The notes under the pieces are model-generated. The model was not told where the DNA came from. It saw only the letters and a list, made by a program, of their open reading frames with translations, and did no database searches. A stretch of 64,000 nt of DNA. Origin: Octopus bimaculoides (lineage: Eukaryota). This document shows positions 39,513-52,580 of the stretch, one piece after another. Numbering within the stretch: the first letter of the stretch is position 1; each line of letters opens with the position of its first letter. The stretch lies in contig NC_068998.1 of the NCBI RefSeq assembly GCF_001194135.2, positions 28,747,472 through 28,811,471 of the forward strand, written 5' to 3'. The translations under genes were made by a program, and so were the position numbers.

Positions 39513-41049
39513 ACTCAAAATATATATAATCTTATATGGCACTACACAAACTCATAGTTTGGAATACAATAGCCTCATGTAACCACTTGATCACTAGAAA
39601 TAACACATAAATTCCATCTTAAAATGAGTATGACAATGTAATCCTAGTGATAAAAAAAGACAGGATGATCACAGCTGGAATGCCTTTTAACATACATCTG
39701 TTTCATCGGGACTGACATGAAGATAAACAATAACAAGTCTTTATTCACCAAAACTCTTCATCCATTTAGCTATCGCTCAGCTGTGTCCTCACTTTATGTC
39801 TTGTATCTTAAATTATAATCTCCCCACCTCTGTTTCTCTGAACTTGTTGATCATATACCAACTCTACCCAAACAGACTTTTCTTACTTGACATTTAACTT
39901 TCTCTCATTCTTCACTGCATATCATTCTCCAGATTCCATTCTGTGTATTTGGCTTAATCCTCAGAACAGCCTCCTTTTTTTACATGCTATCCATCTATGT
40001 TTTCCTTACAAATGAATAACCTTCAACAGTTTAAACTTAATATTAATTGTATTAACCATTACTACCCAATTTTACCTATTTCCACTTCATTTTGAATCAT
40101 AAAAGAGCCTTACTTGCTACCATTTGAGGGCTCTTTAAGAAGGGTGTGATAGTTTCTAGAAGATTATTTCAAAGGGGTCAAAGGTGGGTAGATTCTGTCT
40201 CCTTAAGCTCAATGGATTAAATTATTTTCTGAGAAATCTTTCTAAGACCTTTTGCAAATCCATAATAGTTTTAATAAATCTGGTAAAAAGTACATATTTC
40301 AATTCTAGAAAATATCTAGTTTTGGCAACTAAACTTCATTAATTTCGATAATCATGTGAATGGGAAGTGTTATTGTCATTATTTCTTTAGTATGAAAACC
40401 ACACATGTGTGCAGAGCTTTGATCCTGCCACTTAGGGAAATCTTCGTTCATGCTAAGTCTATCTCCAGACAGGATATGTGTAATCACTCGAAATGCTTTG
40501 TTTCAGATTTAATATGTATAGTTGTTGAAAAAGGCTGCAATACAAAACTTCACTTACCAAATCTATCTTTTAATCTTTTACTTGTTTCAATCATTAGACA
40601 GCAACCATGATGGACACTAACTTGAAGAATTTTAGCTCAATGAATTGATCCTAGTACTCATTTTTTTAAAGCCCAGTACTTATTATATCACTTTTTGTTT
40701 GTTTTCTTTCCTCTATTAATATATAAATTTCTGGCATAGCATTGCTTTGAATATTCTTAAACATCTTCATATTAATGTCATATCAATTTTTACACAGAAC
40801 ACACTGTCATTTTGAACACCAAATACAGTAGCATACTGCTCATCAGAAAATGTCATTTTCTTGTAACAAAGCAAATAGCCATAAGGTCAACATTTTACTT
40901 GTTTGCTTATCTCGTTTGTGCATAAGATTGTCATTCTCTTGAATTATGTAAATGTAACCTGTTCAAAATCTCTCTCTCCCTCTCTCACTCACTCACTCAC
41001 TCTATCATTCACTCATCCATTTGTCTAGAGAGACAATGAAGTTTTGTAT

Positions 41050-41575
41050 TACTAATCAGTCAGGATTTGAGCTGAAACAGCTCTATTGACATATAGCCCA
41101 ATTCTGGAGCAGCATACCTTGTGCCTGTTTTTTTCAGGTTGTATTTAGCTTTTAATGTGTTGGTGTTAGTTTCTGTTGTCAACATTCCTTTTTCCAACTC
41201 TTCAGTTCTCATTTGATAAATGTTCATCATGTTTGTATTCATGACATGTTTGTATTCATGACATGTTTCCACTTGTTTCAGTTTGCTCTCAATGCTTTTC
41301 AGCTTGTTAGGTAGATGTCACTAGCCTTCATGTCACAGTTGCAATGTACAAATGGTTTTCCAACAGGTTTGGTTCCAGTTACTAGCTCTCCATACAAGAT
41401 GTCTTTGGGACTATTTTTTCATTAAGTTGACATTCGCCTGAATGGTTTTCAATTGTTTTGCTTGAGGCAAATCATTTGCATTAGATAGTGGGACAGCATC
41501 CCAAACAAAGATGTCCTTAAACAAGTAGGAATTCCTAGCCTATTTACTATATTCTTCAAAACAGAAAGCATTGTA
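41050..41575 (-). mobile_element. RTE (BovB-like) 3' fragment with an inverted 5' segment
   Basis: Minus 41438-41050 reads PKDILYGELVTGTKPVGKP. Plus 41439-41575 reads FCLRQIICIR*WDSIPNKDVLKQVGIPSLFT. Confidence 0.85.
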
Positions 41576-41977
41576 ATTAGCTATTATTGGTCAAGGTTAG
41601 GCTAGTGGGGTTTGCTTTGTCCAATGGCAAAATATAACAGCTCCTTATTATTAATGCATAGTTAGCATGAAAGACTGTATCACCCATGAGTAACCTTTGT
41701 GATGATTTCTGTCATGGACAGTGTCCATTGTTATGTTTGAAAACAAGAAATTATATTCAGTAATGTCATTATATTCTGAAGTGTTTTAGATTTGATGTTA
41801 ATAAGGAATATTTCAGTTATGTTTTTGTTTTTAGAAATAATTAGAAAAACTTAATTGTTACATTTTACTTTATATTTTTCAAACCTAATGACCAGTATAT
41901 TAAGTTTTAGTGGTGGGTGACCCAATACCTATATTATGCTTATATCTATCAATTTATCTACTTGTTAGTTATTATAG

Positions 41978-42066
41978 TATATATTTGGGAGGAATTAATA
42001 GAATTGATAAGGCACAATGGTTTGGATATTGGCCTTTTTATATGTGGATTATATGTAGTACTGCAG
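41978..42066 (+). CDS. Candidate exon, discoidin-like domain 2 (IYLGGINRIDKAQWFGYWPFYMWIICSTA)
   Basis: Acceptor TTATTATAG and donor GCAG|GTATTA, phase 2 to phase 1. IYLGGINRI resembles IDLGxxxxI. Confidence 0.55.
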
Positions 42067-42615
42067 GTATTAGTTTTTGTTTTATAACCTGTGCATTTCA
42101 ACTAGTAGTTCTTGAACTGGATGGCAGCAACCCCTTGGGGACATTTTGAGCCCACAAAGGGGTGGTAGTCATCAGGAAGTGCTATCAAGGTCGTGATGTA
42201 TTCTGAGAAATAAAATATTTAAATCAGATAAATTATATTTTAAACCAATTTTCTTTGTCAGGATTAAAATGTGAGAAGGGCATTGTCTGTAAATGTGTGA
42301 TACAACTGACATTCCTATCATTACAAGGAAGGGAAGTCCTTGAGAAATGGTTGAGAAATGATTCAGCATTACTACTGGACAACTGTTAGGTAAACAATGA
42401 AGTATATTACAAATATAAAAAAGGGTATACTTGAGCTTCTGTTAGTCAAATATCAAATCTGATATTTTTAAGCATATTACAGCTGTTATTTTAATATGCT
42501 ACCTATTGCTTTTCAAACATAATGATTTGTTGAATATCTTGAATTATTTTACATATGTTTTCATCTTGTCTTAAAGGTAAACAACTATTGACACATATGT
42601 TTGGGTCATTAATAC

Positions 42616-43883
42616 CTCTTTTACTTGTTTCAGTCATTTGACTGCGGCCATGCTGGAGCACTGCCTTTAGTTGAGCAAATTGACCCCAGGACTTATTCTT
42701 TGTAAGCCTAGTATTTATTCTATCGGTCTCTTTTTACTGAACTGCTAAGTTACGGGGACGCAAACACACCAGCATTGGTTGACAAGCCATGGTGGGGAGA
42801 CAAACACAGACACACAAACACACATACATATCATCATCATCATCGTTTAACGTCCGCTTTCCATGCTAGCATGGGTTGGACGATTTGACTGAGGACTGGT
42901 GAAACCGGATGGCAACACCAGGCTCCAGTCTGATTTGGCAGAGTTTCTACAGCTGGATGCCCTTCCCAACGCCAACCACTCAGAGAGTGTAGTGGGTGCT
43001 TTTACGTGTCACCCGCACGAAAACGGCCACGCTCGAAATGGTGTCTTTTATGTGCCACCCGCACAAGCCAGTCCAGGGGCACTGGCAACGATCTCGCTCG
43101 AAAATCCTACAGGAGCCNNNNNNNNNNNNNNNNNNNNNNNNNNNNNNNNNNNNNNNNNNNNNNNNNNNNNNNNNNNNNNNNNNNNNNNNNNNNNNNNNNN
43201 NNNNNNNNNNNNNNNNNNNNNNNNNNNNNNNNNNNNNNNNNNNNNNNNNNNNNNNNNNNNNNNNNNNNNNNNNNNNNNNNNNNNNNNNNNNNNNNNNNNN
43301 NNNNNNNNNNNNNNNNNNNNNNNNNNNNNNNNNNNNNNNNNNNNNNNNNNNNNNNNNNNNNNNNNNNNNNNNNNNNNNNNNNNNNNNNNNNNNNNNNNNN
43401 NNNNNNNNNNNNNNNNNNNNNNNNNNNNNNNNNNNNNNNNNNNNNNNNNNNNNNNNNNNNNNNNNNNNNNNNNNNNNNNNNNNNNNNNNNNNNNNNNNNN
43501 NNNNNNNNNNNNNNNNNNNNNNNNNNNNNNNNNNNNNNNNNNNNNNNNNNNNNNNNNNNNNNNNNNNNNNNNNNNNNNNNNNNNNNNNNNNNNNNNNNNN
43601 NNNNNNNNNNNNNNNNNNNNNNNNNNNNNNNNNNNNNNNNNNNNNNNNNNNNNNNNNNNNNNNNNNNNNNNNNNNNNNNNNNNNNNNNNNATATATATAT
43701 ATATATATACACACACAAACGACAAGCTTCTTTCAGTTTCCGTCTACCAAATCCACTCACAAGGCTTTGGTCAGCCCGAGGCTATAGTAGAAGACACTTG
43801 CCCAAAATGCCATGCAGTGGGACTGAACCCAGAACCATGTGGTTGGTAAGCAAGCTACTTACCACACAGCCACTCCTGCACCC
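42616..43883 (-). mobile_element. SINE-A split at its internal microsatellite by a SINE-B insertion (42831 to gap)
   Basis: A-tail at 42616-42830, B at 42831-43117, N gap, A-head at 43719-43883. Confidence 0.8.
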
Positions 43884-45875
43884 AGTAATAATATTTTAAT
43901 TAAAATTTAAATTGTGATGAATGTTGCTCTTTGCTTTAAATTTTTTATTTATGCTTAAGTTAATGTAAATTTAAACATAATTTCATTATATAAATCCTTG
44001 CCTTCTTTAGTAATTTCCATAAAAATTTAGCATAAGGCGTCTACTCAATGCAGATGCAAGATGGGATAGGCTAAGAGAATGTGGATAATAAACCACTCTG
44101 CAAAATTAGGTTGTTTGATTATATTAATTGCATTTTTTTTTCTTTTGTGTAAAGCATGTGTTGAAGGCATTTATAAAATGCCATTTGGTGAAAAGGTGTT
44201 TGTAAAACACAATTTGGTAAGCTACAAAGGTTTGAGAACCACTAATTTAAACTGTCAGGAGTAAGTAGTAGATCATATGGAAATGTTATCTACTATAAAT
44301 CTTCTCTGGAATATGACTATTGTCTTTTCCTGGGGGAGATTTATCTTTTGTCCACTTCACTTCCTGAAACCAGTCAAGAATGACCATTAGTCCTTAAGGG
44401 TTTAAGAGACATTTACATGTGTTATTTGACTAAACTCTCATTGATTGTATGTAGTTGTGCTGTTGCTGTTAGTTAACTCTAGGTCAACTTTGATTGAGCA
44501 GACTTGTAATCAAAGGCATTTCTGTCATAGTCATATTGTCTTTTTAGAGTTTTTAGGGCACATTGGCCTATGACACCTTCTTAAAAATTGTGTGACATCA
44601 TCTGAGGAAATTTGGTGGCTGCAAAAGCTCAACGTTGCAGTTAAATATAATTTGGAAAAGAGTTAGCTTTTAGACAATCACAACCAGTATGTTCATCATA
44701 ATCCTTTTCGAGTTTTCTTATTCATGCTAGTCTGGAATAGATGAGTCTATCATACAGCAACAGCAAGACACATCAACCTATATTTCTGATAACTAGACAG
44801 TTTTTCTATCCTTTTACTCTCAGAAGTTTTGGTAACTTAATGTTGCACATCCAATAATCTATTTTAGATCATTCCTCAGCAAGATTTTCTGTAGTCAACA
44901 TCTAATGCCTGTATTTTACTGCCATACAAGATTATACTTTCTATACATACTTCATATTGTCTTCTTTTTGTGCAAAGCAAGATATTCTTTCTTACCAACA
45001 TATGAAAAATATCTCTAAACCTTTTCACACCTCATTCACAGCCTAGCTAACATACTTTAACAAAAACGAATCTCCAGCATTAATTCAACCATTTAGCTCA
45101 ACAATCTAGCTAGTTGTTCTGACAAGCGATCCAAGCAGTTTGTTTGTCTTTAGTTTATGCTGCAGCTGTTGCTAACTACTCCATTGCATTCAGTGTTACT
45201 AATGTTCTGATTTCTTGTTTGTCTGCCACTACCATTTTTTTCTATACTTTTGTTTACATTGTATTGAGTTCCTACAGAGTCTATATTTTCCACATGCTAC
45301 TATACTAGGTGTTCTATGCTGCATTATTTATTACACTGACTCCAATCAGCTTTGCCAATTGTTGAACTATTCTCACACTTCTTCAATAGATTCTATAACA
45401 AGAACTAAAATGTCAGCATTTAAAAGTTCACAGGGCCATCAATTTTTGAACATTTGAATGATAGTTTAAAAGAGAAAAAACTGAGGTGAAAACTCTGATA
45501 GATCTATCTATAAGTAAAATTTCTCATAAGTGGCCCAATTCCCTTATCACCCACCAATTTAGAAAATGTACTAATTTTTCAGGAGTTAGCACTAGACTGA
45601 TAAATACAAAGCTGAGTTTTTAAAAATTTTTCATTGACTATTTAAGTTCCATATCCAAATAAAAACCCAAATAATACTTGAATTTACATATCAGTCAAGC
45701 TCAAAAAAATTAGGTTCACATTTTCACTTGATTCATAGAAGATTACTTGGCTAGATAAATTTAATGTTGCAGGATTGTAAACTAATGCGAATCATGTTTC
45801 TTCAGTGAAGACCATAGATTCTACATAAACCAGCATAACTATATTATAGGCAATAGAATTCTTTGATATATTCAG

Positions 45876-46031
45876 CATTGGGATATTCCAAATGTGATCA
45901 TCATAAAAGTGATTCTTCTTGTTGGATAGTAGAGCCTCATATATGTAAGTTGAAAAACTTTGATAAAATAAAAGTATCCAAGCAGCTAGAAGACAAAACT
46001 CACTTTGGGGTGTTTGAAATCTATGAGAATG
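45876..46031 (+). CDS. Candidate exon (LGYSKCDHHKSDSSCWIVEPHICKLKNFDKIKVSKQLEDKTHFGVFEIYEN)
   Basis: Acceptor ATATTCAG, 156 nt open, donor AATG|GTAAAG, phase 1 to phase 1. An in-phase internal donor T|GTAAGT lies at 45944. Confidence 0.55.
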
Positions 46032-48893
46032 GTAAAGAAGTGAATAAGTCACATAACTGAATCTTGAACATATCTGAGTTGGTAGAATATGTATTAGAAG
46101 GCAACCATCTTCAGATAATCCAATAGTTTTGTTTTAGAGGAAACTCTCAATCAAAAAAGAAATGGGAAACAGGTGGAGTCCATAACTGAGATAACATTGC
46201 TGTGGGATTCTTACACAAGATATGCTTGAAGGTTTATGTAATATCCAGAATAACAACATTACTTTCACTGGCATTCTCAATAATAAGTGGCCATTGTTAT
46301 GTAATGTAATAAAACTAGTTTTCTGTGAATAAAGTTCTACAGAAACCAGTGAGTCACAAATGGGACTGAAGGGGATAAAAGAAGGTGAGGGTCAATTCAA
46401 ACTGATGTTTACAATTTAATGTTGATTAAGGAGTAATGGAAACACGTAATTTGTACCATAGAAAAATCAAAGCTTGTATTTCTCTCTGATAGAATTCTCT
46501 GTATATTACATGTTATTTCACTGAAAGCAATTCTATACTTCTTGAAAAGCTGATATTGCCAGAAGATTCAAGATACTTTAACAAAATGTCACTTTTTCAG
46601 ATACTTGTACAGAATGTCCTTAGATAGTTGCACAATTTTCAGATTGTTGAGGTTACTACTGAAAAATAAACACCATTATTTCTTCTGTATTAGCATAGTT
46701 GACTACTTCTCAGATGAATCAAGAATAGCTGCTTGAAGTGCAAAAGGGTCGAGATACAGGGATATAAAAAATATCTGCTTGTAATTTTCAGTGCATTCAG
46801 TGCATAATTGTATTGAACCATTACTGTATTTCTATGTAATTTTAACAGTGTCACATGTGTGCACTCTGAGACTGAAATTGTACAATTTACATTGCTTACT
46901 AAGATAGTTCAGCTGTTGAAGATATTCATTTAAAGATATACCTGGAAAGTATTGGTTTTTAATTCAGCATATATTTTTGTAGAATTTGTATAGAATAATT
47001 ATGACAGTTGTTGAAAGACAAAATTTCTTTAATCTGAAGTTGATGAAAAATATAACAGTGTTTTTGTTGGAGGTCCATTATTTTTTCAGCTTTACATCAA
47101 ATATAACTGGCAATGACAGTTGGTAATTAAATTGCAGTAGAATTTGACAATAGTTGTTGGCAAACATTAAATAACTTAAGCTTTAATCACAAGGTTTTAA
47201 TTGATAATTTTATAATACAAATAAAGCTAGTATGTTGGTTTCAGGAGGTGCGGGAAACAAAAAGTGAAACAAAATCAAACAAGCAATCATAAATAGTTTG
47301 TTTACAGGAAAATGCTACAAAGTAAAATGGCATAACAGAAAATCGTTTTCAATGTCTCTTGATTTCTCAAAATTTTAATTTGAAATTCACTATTGTGTAT
47401 TATCATTTCTCCTTCTGCTTTAGCTATGTTTTATGGATTAATTATTTTCAAGACAGGATCTGAAAACTATAGGTAGGAGTTTTGAGAGGTTATTGGTTCC
47501 TTGCTGTGAGACTATGGGTTTATGATTTTGCTTCAGTATGGAATTCTTCAAACTGAAACTGTTTGTAAATTTTTTACAATTATTTCTTACCTGTCACAAT
47601 ATACATTTTCTCTGCTTCACCTATTGATTAGTATTTATATAGTAAACAGGTTAATAGTTTCTTGATGAAGTTACTTGGAAAAGCCCCACATCATGCAATC
47701 TCACTATTAGTTATTTAGTGGACTGTTGTTTGAGCTATCAAGTAATGTTAAATGATATCAACTTATTGTCACAATCTTAATTTTAGAGTTATCTCTAATC
47801 ATTCTTAAATAAAGCTGTTAGCGTCAAAGTTTCAGATAAATTTTATGTGAAATGAAGTTCTGTATCACTTATAGGTTGTAGGTATTTCTCAGTCTTTTGT
47901 TTTTTTTGTTGGGATTCATTTTAATTACTTTACATTTTATCATCAAACAGGAAGTATTGTTTTACCTTTAGATTTTTTTTTTATTGAATGTCAAGTTTTT
48001 CTTGGAATCTGTTGAAAATTTTCATTTGTATTGATAGAATTTTGGTGAACTTCATGGGCATGCACTGAAGTCCTTATAATATACATTTCATCAACCAACG
48101 TTGGTTGAGAGACATGCTTTTGTCGGATAGTATTTTTATGGAATCCATCCCTTGCAATGAAATAAAAAGTTTCAAGAGACAGCCTAGTTTCAACATTCTC
48201 AACTCTAAAATATAGTTCTAGAATGTCAAACAATTCGCACCATAATTTAAGTGGATTAGAATTTCTTAACATTTTTAATGACAGCTGTTAAATTAAATCA
48301 CATGTTTTACGTTCTGTAACAAAATATGCTTTCAAATTTTCATCATACATGTGTTGTATCTAACATAATTTTAATTATCATACAACATACTTGTGAAGTG
48401 GATGTTAAAGCAGCAAAGTGGTTGCAATTTATAGTTGTGTCTCTGTTTAAATATAATGCTATATCTAATATAACTTGAGGTATCACCAGTTATAGTGTTA
48501 TATTGCTTATTATCATTAACTAAAGTAGGCGAATTACTCAATAAAACATGACATAGTGCAATAAATCAGGATATACATCTTATTTGAGGAAACTTTAACA
48601 ATAAGTTTTGCTAACACTTTTGGAATGTTTAGTTAAACAAGTAATCAGAGGAAAATTTTAAAAAGAAAATAAAATGATTTTGTATATATACATGCATAAA
48701 TATACTAATTAAAATAATGTTGAAATATAATACAATGGATTAGCTCTTAGATTCACAGTGTGTGAATCCTGGATTCCTGATTTTATACAAATGTTTAATT
48801 ACTTTATTAAACAAGTTGTTTAATTATGATTTCAGTTTTGAATGGCTGCAATCTTGTGGAGAGTATACTCTTTTTAAAAACTTATTTTGTCAG

Positions 48894-49117
48894 ATCCTAG
48901 AGATATGTGTATGCATGTTAAGATGTATGGATGGAGAGGATGCAGAAATACATGTTCTAATGACTTACTCAAGGAAGAAATAGAAGTACTTATGATCTTT
49001 TTTAGGGCTACTGTGATGGATGGGAGAAAAAGATTATTTTATCCTAAGACAGATCTAAAATTACCTAAATGTTTGCAAAATACCCAAGGGCCAAGATGGT
49101 GGTGGGAAACAGATTAA
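48894..49117 (+). CDS. Candidate terminal exon (D-PRDMCMHVKMYGWRGC...PRWWWETD*)
   Basis: Acceptor TTATTTTGTCAG, phase 1, 224-nt open frame. MCMHVKMYG resembles the discoidin end motif ICMRVELYGC. Confidence 0.55.
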
Positions 49118-51745
49118 GATTATCAACCAGTTTGGTGTATAAATAGATATAAATAGATAATAATTAATATAATTTTTAAGTATAAAGCTCTGCATTTATA
49201 TTGAAGTTGGGAAGAAATAGTTGATTATGTCAACTTCAGTACTTAATTGGTACTTATTTTATCAACCCTGGAAGGAAAATTTAACCAAGCAGAATTTGGA
49301 GTCAAACTGTTAACAATGGCAACTAAATATCAGTGAATAGTAATAATAATGATTTTGGTAATATCGATCTTTTATTATTGGGAGTGCTGTTACTTGAGTT
49401 TCCAAGTTAAACCCTTCACTGAAGATATGGCTCATGTTGGTTGACCACATACCCCCCATGGTCACAGCAGATGAGAATGTTTCTTGTGGAGATGGGCACT
49501 GATTGGGACTCTGCTTGACAGGTTGCCTGGGTGGACTCAGGAATATACTGACAAATTGTGAGTGCAGCAATGCTTTGCAATAGTACATGCCTCCACATCT
49601 GACCTGATTCCTAATTAAGATTTCTATATGTAACATTTTGAAATTTGGAGTTACCTTGGACCAGAAAAGAATATATTTTACTTCAGTTTAAGGTAAAAGA
49701 TAATCTCATAATCTTTGTAGGCTGTCTCAGACTAATTAATTTGATGCAATTAATTTTCAACTTGAACTTTCAGTTGATGAACAAGTAATATATTCCATGG
49801 GTGTTCTAGGGAATATTTTAGGCTAAGAATTTAGCAGAGGATTTTATAGGGGTGATGAAAGTAGGGAAATCAGGCATATCAAGTGGTATACAATTTACTA
49901 CTTCAGAGGAGTGGGAATTGTTATGGTAGTGCTACATTGCATTGGGGAGTTGTGGTGAAAGCTTGCAGATAGTTTGTTGGAGCTATTTTAGATACCATCT
50001 AAGACAGGTGTATGTAAAGCAGTGATATCTTTCTAGACAGGCTAACAAAACTCGTATGCATTGAATTAATCCCTGATCCTAATTTTTGCAAAAGAAGCTG
50101 TGGTGTTTCCATGTAGACTGGAAATTTACTAACCAGACATGCAAATTTGAAAATAGACATTAGAATTACTTCAAAAGAGTTAATTAAATGATAAACACAT
50201 CAACTGAGATACTTTCAAAAGAGAATCAACTTTTCAATAAGAGTCATATTGTTTCTGTATTCAAAGAGAATGAAAATGTACTTATTTTTGATAAGTTACT
50301 TATTTTTTGAAGTGATGTTACATTGATCAATCCATAATTGGTAATGAAATGGAGTAAGAAATTTCCAAAATTTCTGTCTAATAACAGTTTGAAAGAGAAA
50401 AACTGTAACATCATTTAATTTTGTAGAGAAATGAAACTATATAAAAACAGAATTTGACATTACAAAATAACAACTGATATTATCATGAAAGTACTTTTCA
50501 AGAAACTGAACTAACAAAAGTATGGATGCAGACTAGACTCACAACCACATGATTCCCAGATTAATCTCACTGGACAAGTATCTTCATCTACAGCTTCAAG
50601 TTTACCAGAATCTTGTGAATGGAAATTGGTGCATGCAAACTGTGTGGAAGCCTGTTGAGTGTGTGTGTGTGAGAGAGGGAGAGGGAGAGAGAAAGAGAGA
50701 AAGTGTGTGTGTGTATGTGTTTGCATAGTTGTAAAAGAACTGGAAAAAAATAATCAATACTAGTATTATATATATATAGTCTAGGGAAAGTCATTCTCTT
50801 TTAGTGCCATATTATCTAACACACTCACCGGTTTAGTTTCCACTCATTTACTTACTTAATTCTTCTAAAATTTTCATTGCACCTTACAGTAGTCATTGAC
50901 TCTGTCTGTTATCCAAGCCACGTTCTTTTTTGGGTAAATTTACAGTTTCACACCAGACTCAATTTCGGTACTAAATAATTTTTTTCTCTTGTTTTTTTTT
51001 TGGGGTGCAATCGTCTTAGTTGACCTCATAAGCTGTTGGAAATGCATTCTTCCTGTGGAAAACAGAGGGGTGGGAGTGGGGCAGAACCTGGGAAATTCCT
51101 CTTCCCAAACTCGGTTCCCATGTTTTTTTTTTTTGTTGCAATCATCTTAATTGACCTCATACATATAATCAGTTAATTCCATTTACAGATTGTGTATTCT
51201 AATTAAAATGTTTATGTTTGGTTGTTTGCTGGAATTGAGCAGATTAGCAAACGTCATTTTGCTGTTCCTCTGACTGGTTAGAAGCGTGTCAAAGTGACAT
51301 TGCTTTCACTAATTCAAAAATACATCAAACTTGGCTCAGTTATCTAGTGATTCTTCGGCAGCTTACAAAGATATATAAACATTGGGTTATCAACATTACA
51401 TGATAAACCACAACGAATATTTTGTTGATACTACTCATGCACACATCCACACATCCACACACAAAATATTGAACGTTTTTGGTGAGATTTAAAAGAATGG
51501 GTGATAGACATTGCTGATTCATCGTTTTTGTGACTTGTCAAAACTGCATACCCGAAATGAAGTCCGATGCTGCTCAAGCTACTTTTAATTCATATTTGAA
51601 TATATGTGTATGAAAGAAAATTTTGATGCATTTTTCCACATTTTCTCAGTATTTCCACTACACACACACACACGTGGGTGTGTGTAAATAGTTATACGTA
51701 TACAGAATGATTCATGAAGTGCAAGAATCTTATCAATAAGGCATT

Positions 51746-51988
51746 TCGTCGTCGTCGTTTAACGTCCGCTTTCCATGCTAGCATGGGTTGGACGATTTGA
51801 CTGAGGACTGGTGAGACCAGATGGCTACACCAGGCTCCAATCTGATTTGGCAGTGTTTCCACAGCTGGATGCCCTTCCTAACGCCAACCACTCAGAGAGT
51901 GTAGTGGGTGCTTTTACGTGTCACCCGCACGAAGGCCAGTCAGGCGGTACTGGCAGCGGCCACGCTCATCTCGATCGAGAAACCTCAT
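51746..51988 (-). mobile_element. SINE family B, young copy, (GAC)n tail
   Basis: Near-identical to 42831-43020. Contains AGGAAGGGCATCCAGCTGT, similar to the Meta-type SINE central domain (inference). Confidence 0.85.
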
Positions 51989-52580
51989 GTGTCACCCGCA
52001 CAAGAGCCAGTCCAGGGGCACTGGCAACGATCTCGCTCGAAAGTTATCATGTGTCGCCCGCACATGAGCCAGTCCAGGGGGACTGGCAACGATCCCANNN
52101 NNNNNNNNNNNNNNNNNNNNNNNNNNNNNNNNNNNNNNNNNNNNNNNNNNNNNNNNNNNNNNNNNNNNNNNNNNNNNNNNNNNNNNNNNNNNNNNNNNNN
52201 NNNNNNNNNNNNNNNNNNNNNNNNNNNNNNNNNNNNNNNNNNNNNNNNNNNNNNNNNNNNNNNNNNNNNNNNNNNNNNNNNNNNNNNNNNNNNNNNNNNN
52301 NNNNNNNNATCTCGCTCGAAAGATTTCATGTGTCGCCCGCACATGAGCCAATCCAGGGGCACTGGCAACGATCCCGCTCGAAAGATTTCATGTGTCGCCC
52401 GCACATGAACCAGTCCAGGGGCACTGGCAACGATCCCGCTTGAAACATTTCATGTGTCACCCGCACAAGAGCCAGTCCAGGGGCACTGGCAACGATCTCG
52501 CTCGAAAGTTATCATGTGTCGCCCGCACATGAGCCAGTCCAGGGGGACTGGCAACGATCCCACTCGAAAGATTTCATGTT
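51989..52580. repeat. 62-bp GC-rich minisatellite attached to the SINE-B 5' end
   Basis: Units start at 51989, 52051, (gap), 52330, 52392, 52454 and 52516. A related unit lies at 43049-43105. Confidence 0.95.

Noticed and set aside
51989-52580. CRISPR-like array
   Set aside because: Units are contiguous 62-mers with no unique spacers, there are no cas genes, and the context is a eukaryotic SINE.
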